Origin: Clostridia bacterium
Lineage (GTDB): Bacteria > Bacillota > Clostridia > RGIG6154
Direction of reading: 5' to 3'
DNA: 64,000 nt
Assembly: GCA_045605445.1 (NCBI GenBank)
Contig: JAZUPZ010000021.1
Coordinates: 31,288-95,287 of the forward strand
Both the position numbers and the translations under genes were made by a program. Positions 40,131 through 49,599 of this stretch are shown here, in pieces (within the stretch, counting starts at the first letter, position 1; each line of letters opens with the position of its first letter). The notes under the pieces were generated by a model, which saw only the letters and a program-made list of their open reading frames with translations, had not been told where the DNA came from and searched no databases.

Positions 40131-40157
40131 AAGCACGCTCTCAAGGAGCGTCTTTTT
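40131..40157. repeat. right 27-bp direct repeat (contains the NUDIX gene 3' end)
   Basis: AAGCACGCTCTCAAGGAGCGTCTTTTT. Confidence 0.9.
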
Positions 40158-40623
40158 TATATATTTCTTTTCCTTCGAGTGTGGCTGATATCAATGTGTC
40201 GCCTTTGTAGGTTACTGTCATATGAAAAAAATCAGAGGGTTTTTCTATTATTTTTAGAAAGAGCTTGTCGCCTTCCCATAATGGAAGTGAATATAACGCC
40301 TGCTTGTCAACCCACTCTAAGTTGCCTTCATCACATTCTTTGATGTTGCCTGAAAAATCATCAGAGGTGAAAAGGTGCATAGCTTCATTTTCATATATGT
40401 CAGACTCAAAAATAACTATGCCTCTGTAGTTATAGGAATTAAGTGTAAGACCTGTTTCTTCATATACTTCCCTTAAAAGACATTGCTCGGGAGATTCACC
40501 TGCCAGGAATTTTCCGCCTACTCCGATCCATTTGTCTTTGTTCATATCATTTTCTTTTTTTACACGATGAAGCATAAGATATTTGCCGTTTCTTTCTATA
40601 TGACATAAAGTTGTTTGTTTCAA
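40141..40623 (-). CDS. NUDIX hydrolase (MutT-like 8-oxo-dGTP diphosphatase)
   Basis: Nudix box GGKFLAGESPEQCLLREVYEETGL; probable TTG start after GGGGTG. Confidence 0.92.
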   Translation of the reverse strand: MKQTTLCHIERNGKYLMLHRVKKENDMNKDKWIGVGGKFLAGESPEQCLLREVYEETGLTLNSYNYRGIVIFESDIYENEAMHLFTSDDFSGNIKECDEGNLEWVDKQALYSLPLWEGDKLFLKIIEKPSDFFHMTVTYKGDTLISATLEGKEIYKKDAP

Positions 40624-40787
40624 ATTCAACACCCCATATAGATTCTAACACTTTATTTTTTAATATTCAATATATTTGTTGATTTTTAATTGTAAATGTG
40701 GTATATTTTTACATAGGGTGTTATGTCTTTTTGCAAGGCGTAATGAAAATCTATATGACTATTTGTATAGATAAGGAGGTAGAAAAG

Positions 40788-41678
40788 ATGATTTACAAAA
40801 TAAAATCAAAAGATATTGAAGTTGCTGTTGATTCTGTTGGCGCTCAGCTTTCTTCAGTCAGGGATTGTGACGGAATTGAATACATCTGGCAGAAAAATCC
40901 GGACGTATGGGCAAAAAGTGCTCCTGTGCTTTTCCCGGTTGTAGGCAGAAGCCGCGGAGGAATTCTTGAAATAGAAGGTAAAGACTACAATATGCCTATT
41001 CACGGTTTTATTCAGGGAAGAGAAATGCCCTTATATAAAGCAGAAGAAAACAAGGTTACTTTTCTTCTTGAACAAAACGATGAAATAAGAAAAATATATC
41101 CTTATGATTTTAAGTTTTATGTAGTGTTTGAAGTAGAAGAAAAAAAGCTTTCTGTTACATACAAAGTTGAAAACAAAGACAGCAGAGATATGTATTTTGG
41201 TATAGGCGGACATCCAGGATTCAGCACACAACTTAAAGAAGGTGATAAGTATGAAGACTACAGAATAGAGTTTGAGTATGATGAGCCTTTGTATTCTAAT
41301 TCTTCATGTACAGAGCCTGATGTGGAAATTTGTTCAGATGAAAAATATCTTGTTGAAAAACAGGGAAATATCCTGCCGTTGAAACGTGACCTGTTTGTTA
41401 AAGATGCCATGATTTTTGAGGATATCAAGTCTAAGGTGATTTGGTTGAAATCAGACAAACACAATAAAGGAATTAAATTCAGTTATGCAGATTATCCTAC
41501 TATTGCTATCTGGTCTAAAGGTCCCGGATTCCCGGGAGCAACTTATGTTTGCTTTGAACCGTGGCAGAGTATGGGTTACAGAACTAAGGAAGGCAGAAGG
41601 ATTGAAGATAAATTTCAGATTGCCAAGCTTGAACCAAACGGTGTAAAGGAATATACTTTCGAGATTGAAATTTTGTAA
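40788..41678 (+). CDS. aldose 1-epimerase family protein (LacX-like)
   Basis: GAQLSS, APVLFPVVG, PIHGF, IGGHPGF, VCFEPW; AAGGAGGT RBS. Confidence 0.9.
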   Translation: MIYKIKSKDIEVAVDSVGAQLSSVRDCDGIEYIWQKNPDVWAKSAPVLFPVVGRSRGGILEIEGKDYNMPIHGFIQGREMPLYKAEENKVTFLLEQNDEIRKIYPYDFKFYVVFEVEEKKLSVTYKVENKDSRDMYFGIGGHPGFSTQLKEGDKYEDYRIEFEYDEPLYSNSSCTEPDVEICSDEKYLVEKQGNILPLKRDLFVKDAMIFEDIKSKVIWLKSDKHNKGIKFSYADYPTIAIWSKGPGFPGATYVCFEPWQSMGYRTKEGRRIEDKFQIAKLEPNGVKEYTFEIEIL

Positions 41679-41691
41679 AACGGGGATATTT

Positions 41692-42291
41692 ATGGAAAAT
41701 TTAATTATAGGTATTGCAGGCGGTACCGGTTCAGGAAAATCCACTTTCACGAGTGAATTGTTGAAAGAATTTGGTGATAATATAGCTGTTGTGCATCTTG
41801 CTAATTATTATAACAATGATTCCGGAAAAGTGAACTATGATAACCCTGCTTATCTTGATAAAGAATTGATTATTAATGATATAGCTTCTTTAAAAAGAGG
41901 TGAAAGCATCGAATGTCCGGTGTATGATATGTCTTCTGATTCCAGACAGTGGGAAACACTACACATCGAACCGAAGGCGGTTGTGATAGTTGAAGGAATG
42001 CTTACTTTTGCAATACCGGAACTTCTTGATTTGATTGATATCAAAGTTTTTGTTGACACAGACGGCGATGAACGTATTATCAGAAGAATACTTAAGGATG
42101 TTAATGACATAGGTAAAGATGTAGACGAAATTGTTTACAGATACCTTAATTTGATAAAACCTATGCATGCCAAATATGTTGAGCCTACCAAAAGATATGC
42201 AGATATTCTGATTAACGGTGGTCTCAATAAGGTTGCATTGGAGTTAGTAAAATTAAAAATTATAAAGGAACTTGAAGAAAGAGGTAATTAA
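41692..42291 (+). CDS. uridine kinase-like protein (Asp motif altered)
   Basis: GIAGGTGSGKS, NYDNP, IVEGM, KVFVDTD, YVEPTKRYAD; LANYY where Udk has xDxYY. Confidence 0.8.
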   Translation: MENLIIGIAGGTGSGKSTFTSELLKEFGDNIAVVHLANYYNNDSGKVNYDNPAYLDKELIINDIASLKRGESIECPVYDMSSDSRQWETLHIEPKAVVIVEGMLTFAIPELLDLIDIKVFVDTDGDERIIRRILKDVNDIGKDVDEIVYRYLNLIKPMHAKYVEPTKRYADILINGGLNKVALELVKLKIIKELEERGN

Positions 42292-42292
42292 T

Positions 42293-43207
42293 ATGGATTG
42301 TACATTAGTTATTATGGCTGCAGGAATCGGATCAAGATTCGGCGGAGGAATTAAACAACTTGAACCTGTAGGTCCTAAAGGACAGATTATTATGGATTAT
42401 TCCATCCATGATGCTCTTGAAGCAGGCTTTAATAAGATGGTTTTTATTATCAGAAAAGATCTTGAAAAAGATTTTAAAGAAATTATCGGAAACAGAATTG
42501 AAAAACTTTGTAAAGTTGAATATGCGTTTCAGGAAGTAAGCGACCTTCCGAATGGATTTTCTGTTCCTGAAGGAAGAGCAAAACCATGGGGAACCGGTCA
42601 GGCTATTCTTTGCTGCAAAAACGTTGTTAAAGAACCTTTTGCAGTAATCAATGCAGACGATTATTACGGTAAAGAAGCATTTAAAAATGTATATAAATTT
42701 TTAAGTGAAAACAATGAGAAAAAGGCAGACTACAACTTCTGTATGTCCGGATTTGTTTTGAAAAACACATTGTCTGAAAATGGCTCTGTTTGTCGCGGAG
42801 TTTGTAAAGTTGATGAAGAAGGCTATCTTCTTAAGGTTGATGAAACAAACGGTATTGTTAAAGTTGGAGAAGATAAAGCAGGGGTAGAAAAAGACGGCGT
42901 ATGTGAACCTATCGATGAAAATTCTCCGGTTTCTATGAATATGTGGGGAATTACTCCTGACTTTTTCGGTATTCTTGAGGAAGAATTTCCTAAATTCCTT
43001 GCCTCTTTAAAAGAAGGTGACATAAAGTCGGAATTTCTTCTTCCAATGATAATTGACGGAATGCTAAAAAAAGGTCAGGCAAGCGTAAAAGTAATCAAAA
43101 CCGAAGATAAATGGTTTGGAGTAACTTATAAAGAAGATAAAGAATTTGTTGTAAATTCATTTAAAGAACTTATTGCAAAAGGTGAATATACAGAAGATTT
43201 ATTTTAA
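42293..43207 (+). CDS. sugar-phosphate nucleotidyltransferase family protein
   Basis: LVIMAAGIGSRFGG, KPWGTGQA, INADDYYG. Confidence 0.9.
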   Translation: MDCTLVIMAAGIGSRFGGGIKQLEPVGPKGQIIMDYSIHDALEAGFNKMVFIIRKDLEKDFKEIIGNRIEKLCKVEYAFQEVSDLPNGFSVPEGRAKPWGTGQAILCCKNVVKEPFAVINADDYYGKEAFKNVYKFLSENNEKKADYNFCMSGFVLKNTLSENGSVCRGVCKVDEEGYLLKVDETNGIVKVGEDKAGVEKDGVCEPIDENSPVSMNMWGITPDFFGILEEEFPKFLASLKEGDIKSEFLLPMIIDGMLKKGQASVKVIKTEDKWFGVTYKEDKEFVVNSFKELIAKGEYTEDLF

Positions 43208-43220
43208 GTGAGGTTACAAA

Positions 43221-43889
43221 ATGGAAAAGAGTAAATATAGCTTTGAATTCAAAGGGGAGATCAATTATTTTCTCAGTTTACCTAAAAAAGAAATTTCTAA
43301 TCCACCTATGATTGTTTTTCTTCACGGGGCAGGTGAAAGAGGAAATAATATCGATAAAGTGTATACACACGCAATACCAAGATACATAAAAGAGGGGATG
43401 GATATTCCTGCAGTTGTACTTTGTCCTCAGTGCCCTGCTAATATGGTGTGGAATAATCTTGTTTTTCCTTTGAAAAAACTTATTGACCATATTGCCGATG
43501 AATATAACGTTGATAAAGACAGAATATCAATTACCGGCATAAGTATGGGGGGATTCGGTACCTGGGATATGGGGCTTAATTTTCCTGAATATTTTTCAGC
43601 AATTGCCCCGGTTTGCGGAGGAGGTCTTTCCTGGCGTTGTGAAAGGCTTAAAAAAGTTCCTGTTTGGGCATTTCACGGCGAGGCAGATCCGACAGTGCCG
43701 TTAAAAAACTCTGTCGAAATGGTTGATGCTGTTAACAAGGCAGGCGGAAATGCAAAGCTTACTATTTTCCATAATGTTGATCATTTTTCATGGGATATGT
43801 CTTATCTTGATACAAGAGTTATTGAATGGCTTCTTGAACAGAAAAGAAGCGATAGCACGAAAGTTGCTGAACCTTTTGTAGAAGAATAG
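43221..43889 (+). CDS. alpha/beta hydrolase (phospholipase/carboxylesterase-like)
   Basis: FLHGAGERG, GISMGG nucleophile, FHGEADPTV, H. Confidence 0.85.
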   Translation: MEKSKYSFEFKGEINYFLSLPKKEISNPPMIVFLHGAGERGNNIDKVYTHAIPRYIKEGMDIPAVVLCPQCPANMVWNNLVFPLKKLIDHIADEYNVDKDRISITGISMGGFGTWDMGLNFPEYFSAIAPVCGGGLSWRCERLKKVPVWAFHGEADPTVPLKNSVEMVDAVNKAGGNAKLTIFHNVDHFSWDMSYLDTRVIEWLLEQKRSDSTKVAEPFVEE

Positions 43890-43899
43890 AGGAGTGGCC

Positions 43900-44592
43900 A
43901 TGGAATTAAAAGGATTAAAAATAAATTTTCTTGGTGACAGCATTACCGAAGGCCATGGAACCTCTTCACCGGATAAAGTGTTTCACCAGTTGATAAAAAA
44001 GAAGTTTGGACTTTCTGAAGCAAGAAATTATGGTATAGGCGGAACGAGAATTGCAAAGCAGCATACAGTATCAGAAAATCCCCAATGGGATCTCAGCTTT
44101 GTTCAAAGATGCGATGATATGACAGACGATGCTGATGCAGTTGTTGTTTTTGGTGGTACCAATGACTACGGTCATGGAACAGCCCAAATTGGTAGTTTTG
44201 AAAATATGGATGTTTATACTTTCTATGGTGCATTAAGAACGCTTATGGAAAAGCTTATAAATAAATATCCGGGAAAACCAATTGTTTTTATAACACCCTT
44301 GCATCGTAGCGGAGAAATGAATCCTCTTGGTGATAAAGGAGGGGTAGTTGACTATGATGCTTTATCGGAGGCGGAAAAAGAAAAGTATGCTCCTCTTTCT
44401 GAATATGTAAGAATAATCAGAGAAGTAGCAGAGTACTATTCCATTCCGGTTATTGATTTATATGCAATAAGCGGAATACAGCCTGAAGTGGAAATACTTA
44501 AAGAAAAATTTTGTCCTGACGGGCTTCATCCAAACGACGAAGGTCATAAGCTTATGGCAGAGCGCATTGGTAATTATCTTAAATCACTCTGA
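43900..44592 (+). CDS. SGNH/GDSL hydrolase
   Basis: FLGDSITEG, GIGG, GGTND, DGLHPN. Confidence 0.92.
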   Translation: MELKGLKINFLGDSITEGHGTSSPDKVFHQLIKKKFGLSEARNYGIGGTRIAKQHTVSENPQWDLSFVQRCDDMTDDADAVVVFGGTNDYGHGTAQIGSFENMDVYTFYGALRTLMEKLINKYPGKPIVFITPLHRSGEMNPLGDKGGVVDYDALSEAEKEKYAPLSEYVRIIREVAEYYSIPVIDLYAISGIQPEVEILKEKFCPDGLHPNDEGHKLMAERIGNYLKSL

Positions 44593-45387
44593 TTGGAGAA
44601 TACTATGGAAGAACTATTGATAAAATCTTCGGTTGACGGAACTATGCAGCCTTCGTTGTTTTATTACGAGGGAGAAAACAAACCTCTGTTGATTGGGCTA
44701 CATACTTGGAGCTTTGATAGGTATAACCAGGTTGAAACTATGCTTCCGCTGGCAGAAAAATATGGGTGGAATCTTCTTCTTCCTGATTTCAGGGGTAAAA
44801 ACAAAGCTGAAAACATATGTCCGACAGATGCCTGCGGATCTCTGAAGGCAAAACAGGATATTGTTGATGCCATTGTTTATGTTGAAGGAAATTTTAATAC
44901 CGATAAGAATAACAGGTTCGTTCTCGGAGGAAGTGGCGGTGGACATATGGCGCTTTTGATGGCAGGTTACAGACCGGATATGTTTAAGTGTGTTGTGTCT
45001 TACGTTCCTATAACTGATATTGCTGCGTGGTATTATGAGAAAAAGGCAGACAACTCTAAGTTTAAAGGATATAGCGATGATTTATATGTCTGTACAGGAA
45101 ACAAAACTCCGCAAGATGCACCGGAAGAATATGCCTTTCGATCGCCCATAAGTTATATAGACGAAATAGCGAAAACTACGGTGAAAATTTGTCATGGCAA
45201 ATTTGACCCGAGTGTTCCGGTTAGCCATAGTATTAAATTTTATAATAAAATCCAGGAAAAGTATCCGCTATCTAAAACATTTCTTGAAATTTTCAATGGA
45301 GGTCATCAGATTTTGCTTGAAGATGCTTTTGAATGGATTAACAGTTATGCATTCGGAAAAGATAAAATGACTGACGTAACTGCTTAA
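44593..45387 (+). CDS. alpha/beta hydrolase (prolyl oligopeptidase-like)
   Basis: GLHTWS, GGSGGGH nucleophile, HGKFD, GGH. Confidence 0.8.
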   Translation: MENTMEELLIKSSVDGTMQPSLFYYEGENKPLLIGLHTWSFDRYNQVETMLPLAEKYGWNLLLPDFRGKNKAENICPTDACGSLKAKQDIVDAIVYVEGNFNTDKNNRFVLGGSGGGHMALLMAGYRPDMFKCVVSYVPITDIAAWYYEKKADNSKFKGYSDDLYVCTGNKTPQDAPEEYAFRSPISYIDEIAKTTVKICHGKFDPSVPVSHSIKFYNKIQEKYPLSKTFLEIFNGGHQILLEDAFEWINSYAFGKDKMTDVTA

Positions 45388-45411
45388 GAGCCTTATTTAA
45401 GGCTCTTTTTT
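45386..45411 (+). terminator. terminator after the hydrolase cluster
   Basis: AAGAGCCTTA/TAAGGCTCTT plus T run. Confidence 0.88.
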
Positions 45412-45422
45412 GTTTATATATA

Positions 45423-45451
45423 TTTACAATTGTAAAGTTTTATAGTATAAT
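45423..45451 (+). promoter_or_regulatory. sigma-A promoter
   Basis: TTTACA-17-TATAAT. Confidence 0.7.
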
Positions 45452-45478
45452 AAATTGATTAACTTTGGAGTGAAAAAT

Positions 45479-46342
45479 ATGATATTATCAGATGGTTGGA
45501 AAGATTACAAAGTTCTTGATACCGGTGCGGGAAACAAACTTGAAAGATGGGGTAAATATACTCTTTTAAGACCGGATCCGCAGGTTATATGGAAGAACGA
45601 AATTAAAACAGAATATAAAACAGATGCTGTATACAAGAGGAGCAGCTCCGGCGGCGGAAAGTGGGATTTTAAAAGCAAATTGCCTGAATCGTGGAAAATT
45701 AGCTATAAAGATCTTACTTTTAAGGTGCAACCTACCGGATTCAAACATACCGGACTGTTTCCTGAACAGGCTGCAAATTGGGATTTTATAAACGACGTTA
45801 TAAAAAATTCCAGTCGTGAAATTAAGGTTTTGAATTTATTTGCTTATACAGGTGGTGCAACTCTTGCGGCGGCTAATGCTGGAGCGAAGGTGTGCCATGT
45901 TGATGCCTCAAAAGGTATGGTAAACTGGGCAAAGGAAAATGCAGCTCTTTCCGGTCTCGAAAACAAACCTATCAGATATATTGTTGACGATGTTCTTAAG
46001 TTTGTTTTAAGAGAGCAGAGAAGGGGAAATAAATATCACGGAATTATTATGGATCCGCCTTCGTATGGGAGAGGACCAAAGGGCGAAATCTGGAAGCTTG
46101 AAAACGAGTTGTTCGGACTTGTTAATGAATGTGTTAAAGTTCTTGATGATTCACCGTTGTTTTTTATTATAAATTCTTACACAACCGGTTTATCTTCATC
46201 TGTATTGTCAAACATTCTTAAAATTGCAATGAGAGACAAATTTGTGATCAAGTCAGTTATTGCAGATGAAATAGGAATTCCGGTTGAAAATTCAAATATT
46301 GTGCTTCCGTGTGGTTCTACTGCAAGATGTTTATTTGAATAA
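45479..46342 (+). CDS. class I SAM-dependent methyltransferase (RlmI/COG1092-like)
   Basis: FKHTGLFPEQ, VLNLFAYTGG, HVDAS, IIMDPPSYG. Confidence 0.88.
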   Translation: MILSDGWKDYKVLDTGAGNKLERWGKYTLLRPDPQVIWKNEIKTEYKTDAVYKRSSSGGGKWDFKSKLPESWKISYKDLTFKVQPTGFKHTGLFPEQAANWDFINDVIKNSSREIKVLNLFAYTGGATLAAANAGAKVCHVDASKGMVNWAKENAALSGLENKPIRYIVDDVLKFVLREQRRGNKYHGIIMDPPSYGRGPKGEIWKLENELFGLVNECVKVLDDSPLFFIINSYTTGLSSSVLSNILKIAMRDKFVIKSVIADEIGIPVENSNIVLPCGSTARCLFE

Positions 46343-46354
46343 GGAGGAAAAAAG

Positions 46355-47191
46355 TTGATTGACGCAAAAAATATTACATGTGAATATAAAGAAGAAGAAA
46401 AGTCAATTAAAGTGATTGATGGCGTTTCTGTTAGTGTGAAAAATGGTGAATTTGTGTCAATTCTCGGACATAACGGTTCGGGTAAGTCTACTTTGGCAAA
46501 GACATTTAACGGTATCATACTTCCTTGTGGTGGAAAAGTATATGTTGATAATATAGATACATCAGATGAAAATCTTATGTATGAAATAAGAAGAAGAGTT
46601 GGTATGGTGTTTCAGAATCCCGACAATCAGATTGTAGCAACAATTGTTGAAGAGGATGTTGCTTTCGGACCGGAAAATATCGGAGTGCCTACCGAGGAAA
46701 TTCACAAAAGAGTAAACGACGCTCTCAAGGCAGTTGATATGCTGGCCTACAGAAATCATGCTCCGCATATGCTGTCAGGAGGACAAAAACAGCGTATAGC
46801 AATAGCGGGCATTCTTGCAATGCAGCCGGAGTATATTATTCTTGATGAATCTACAGCTATGCTTGACCCTTCGGGAAGAAAAGAAGTTATAGAAACAATC
46901 AGAAAACTGAACGCCGAAAAAAAGATGGCTGTAATTTTAATTACTCATTATATGGAAGAAGCTGCGATGGCAGACAGAATTATAGTGCTTGAACAGGGTA
47001 AGGTGAAATTAGAAGGAACCCCTGAGGAAGTTTTTTCAGATGTTGATGTTATGAAGAAATTAAAGCTTGGAGTTCCTGTTCCCTGCGAATTGTCATATGA
47101 ATTAAAAAAAAGAGGGATAAATTTCAGTAATTGTTTATTTGTTGATGAATTTATTGAAGAATTTGATAAAGTAATGGGGGCTTTGAATTGA
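46355..47191 (+). CDS. ecfA1: ECF transporter ATPase A1
   Basis: [27 protein letters not shown]. Confidence 0.93.
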   Translation: MIDAKNITCEYKEEEKSIKVIDGVSVSVKNGEFVSILGHNGSGKSTLAKTFNGIILPCGGKVYVDNIDTSDENLMYEIRRRVGMVFQNPDNQIVATIVEEDVAFGPENIGVPTEEIHKRVNDALKAVDMLAYRNHAPHMLSGGQKQRIAIAGILAMQPEYIILDESTAMLDPSGRKEVIETIRKLNAEKKMAVILITHYMEEAAMADRIIVLEQGKVKLEGTPEEVFSDVDVMKKLKLGVPVPCELSYELKKRGINFSNCLFVDEFIEEFDKVMGALN

Positions 47192-48042
47192 GCATAAAGA
47201 TTGAAAATTTATCGTATATATACGGCGAAAACGGTCCTTATGAAATGGTAGCTCTTGATAATATTAACGTTGAGATAACAAACGGAGAGTTTATAGGACT
47301 TATAGGACATACCGGCTCCGGTAAATCTACTCTCATACAGCATATGAACGGTCTTTTAAAAGCAAAATCGGGTGCGGTTTATATCGATGGAATAAATGTA
47401 TTTGATAAAAATACAGACTTAAAGACGATAAGGAAAAAAGTAGGACTGGTGTTTCAATATCCTGAATATCAGCTTTTTGAAGAAACTGTTTATAAAGATA
47501 TAGCTTTTGGTCCGCTTAATTATCTTTCCGACAAGGTTATGGTTGATAAAGTTGTAAGGCAAACTGCTGAATTGGTTGGTATTTCTGCTGAAATGCTTGA
47601 AAAGTCACCTTTTGAACTTTCGGGTGGACAAAAACGCAGAGTTGCAATAGCAGGTGTTCTTGCTATGGAACCTGATGTGTTGATATTGGATGAACCTGCT
47701 GCAGGACTTGATCCTGACGGAAGGAAAACAATACTTGAAGAAATTAAAAATATACACGAAAAAAGAAATATAACTGTTATTCTTGTTTCTCACAGTATGG
47801 ACGATATAGCGGTTTATGCTGACAGAATCCTGGTAATGCATAAAGGCAGACTCGTTATGGCAGATAAACCTGAAAAAATATTTAAAAGGGAAAAAGAACT
47901 TGAAGAAATCGGTCTGGATATACCTGTGGTTACAAAAATTCTTAACAGAATTAAAAATAAAGGATATAATGTGCCTGACGGTATTTTTGAGATTGAAAAA
48001 GCGGCAGATGTTTTGGCAAAAATAATGAAAGGAGAAGCGTAA
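47188..48042 (+). CDS. ecfA2: ECF transporter ATPase A2
   Basis: [29 protein letters not shown]. Confidence 0.93.
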   Translation: MSIKIENLSYIYGENGPYEMVALDNINVEITNGEFIGLIGHTGSGKSTLIQHMNGLLKAKSGAVYIDGINVFDKNTDLKTIRKKVGLVFQYPEYQLFEETVYKDIAFGPLNYLSDKVMVDKVVRQTAELVGISAEMLEKSPFELSGGQKRRVAIAGVLAMEPDVLILDEPAAGLDPDGRKTILEEIKNIHEKRNITVILVSHSMDDIAVYADRILVMHKGRLVMADKPEKIFKREKELEEIGLDIPVVTKILNRIKNKGYNVPDGIFEIEKAADVLAKIMKGEA

Positions 48043-48839
48043 TGTTTAAAGATATAACGCTTGGACAGTTTTATCCGGCTAATTCCATAATTCACAAACT
48101 TGATTCAAGAGTTAAAATTCTTTTAACATTTGTTGTTATTATTGCTCTTTTTATGATTAAGAGCTTAATGGCATACATTTTTACTGCTTTGTTTATTTTT
48201 GCGGTTATTGTTATTTCAAGAGTTCCTTTTGGTTTTGTATTTAAAGGTGTTAAACCGTTATTTTTTATTCTTGCTTTTACAGCACTTCTGAATGTTTTTA
48301 TGACAGACGGAAAAGTTTTATTCAGTATAGGTTATCTTAAAGTAACGTATGAAGGTGTTTTCTATGCATCTGCTATGGTTGCAAGACTGGTTATGCTTAT
48401 TCTTGTTACTTCCATTCTTACTCTTACCACTTCACCGATTATGCTTACAAATGGGATTGAAAAGCTTCTGGAACCTTTTAAGAGAATCAAAGTACCGGTT
48501 CATGAACTTGCGATGATGATGACGATAGCATTGAGGTTTATACCAACCTTATTGGAGGAAACGGATAAAATTATTAAGGCGCAAAGTTCAAGAGGAGCTG
48601 ACTTCTCTTCCGGAAACATAATAAGGAAAGCCAAGGCAATGATTCCTATTCTGATTCCGTTGTTTATCAGCGCTTTCAGGAGAGCAGATGACCTGGCTGT
48701 TGCTATGGAATGCCGATGTTACCACGGTGGTGACGGAAGGACGAACTTCAGGGTGCTAAAAACGGAAAAACGTGACTATATTGCAACTGCAAGTGTTTTA
48801 GTATTTGCTTTCATTGCGGTTCTTTTGAATTATGTATAG
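48042..48839 (+). CDS. ecfT: ECF transporter transmembrane component T
   Basis: ALRFIPTL, AQSSRG, AMECRCY; follows two ECF ATPases. Confidence 0.93.
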   Translation: MFKDITLGQFYPANSIIHKLDSRVKILLTFVVIIALFMIKSLMAYIFTALFIFAVIVISRVPFGFVFKGVKPLFFILAFTALLNVFMTDGKVLFSIGYLKVTYEGVFYASAMVARLVMLILVTSILTLTTSPIMLTNGIEKLLEPFKRIKVPVHELAMMMTIALRFIPTLLEETDKIIKAQSSRGADFSSGNIIRKAKAMIPILIPLFISAFRRADDLAVAMECRCYHGGDGRTNFRVLKTEKRDYIATASVLVFAFIAVLLNYV

Positions 48840-48846
48840 GTGAAAT

Positions 48847-49599
48847 ATGAAAAATATTGCTTTGATTATAAGCTATGACGGTACAGATTATTGCGGATTT
48901 CAACGTCAGAAAAATGGAGATACAATTCAAGAAAAATTAGAAAATACGCTCAATATACTGACAGGAGAAAATACAATTGTAAGTGGTTGCGGAAGGACAG
49001 ATGCAGGCGTTCACGCGATAGAGTATTTATTAAGCTTTAAAACAAATTCAACTATTCCGGTTGAAAAATACCCTGTTGCAATGAATTCCTTATTGCCCGA
49101 TAACATCGTTGTAAAAAGAGCTTTTGAATGTAATGATGGTTTTGACGGAAGGTTCTCTGTGCGAAAGAAAACATATATGTATATTATAAACAACGGTGAG
49201 ATTTCTGATCCGTTTGTTTCAAGATATTCCTGGCATTATAAGTATAAACTTGATATTGATGCTATGAAAAAAGCTGCAGAATATTTACTTGGTGAACATG
49301 ATTTTAATTGCTTTATGGCTGCCGGAGGCCAGGTTAAAAGTACTGTGAGGACTATTTATTCTGTGGATATAAAAAAAGAAAATGATATGGTTAAGATTTC
49401 TGTTTGCGGTAACGGCTTTTTATATAATATGGTTCGTATTATTGTAGGGACATTGGTATATGTCGGTGGTGGGAAACTTTCGCCGGATGATATGAAAAAA
49501 ATAATTGACAGTAAAAACAGAAATTTTGCAGGAATAACAGCTCCTCCGCAAGGACTTTTTATGAAAAATGTAGATTTTGGGTGCGATTATGAAAAATAG
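48847..49599 (+). CDS. truA: tRNA pseudouridine(38-40) synthase
   Basis: YDGTDYCGFQ, GRTDAGVHA, GFLYNMVR. Confidence 0.97.
   Translation: MKNIALIISYDGTDYCGFQRQKNGDTIQEKLENTLNILTGENTIVSGCGRTDAGVHAIEYLLSFKTNSTIPVEKYPVAMNSLLPDNIVVKRAFECNDGFDGRFSVRKKTYMYIINNGEISDPFVSRYSWHYKYKLDIDAMKKAAEYLLGEHDFNCFMAAGGQVKSTVRTIYSVDIKKENDMVKISVCGNGFLYNMVRIIVGTLVYVGGGKLSPDDMKKIIDSKNRNFAGITAPPQGLFMKNVDFGCDYEK

Noticed and set aside
39888-40136. 82-aa minus-strand ORF in the track
   Set aside because: Runs through hairpins and repeats of the non-coding insert; no RBS or recognisable motif
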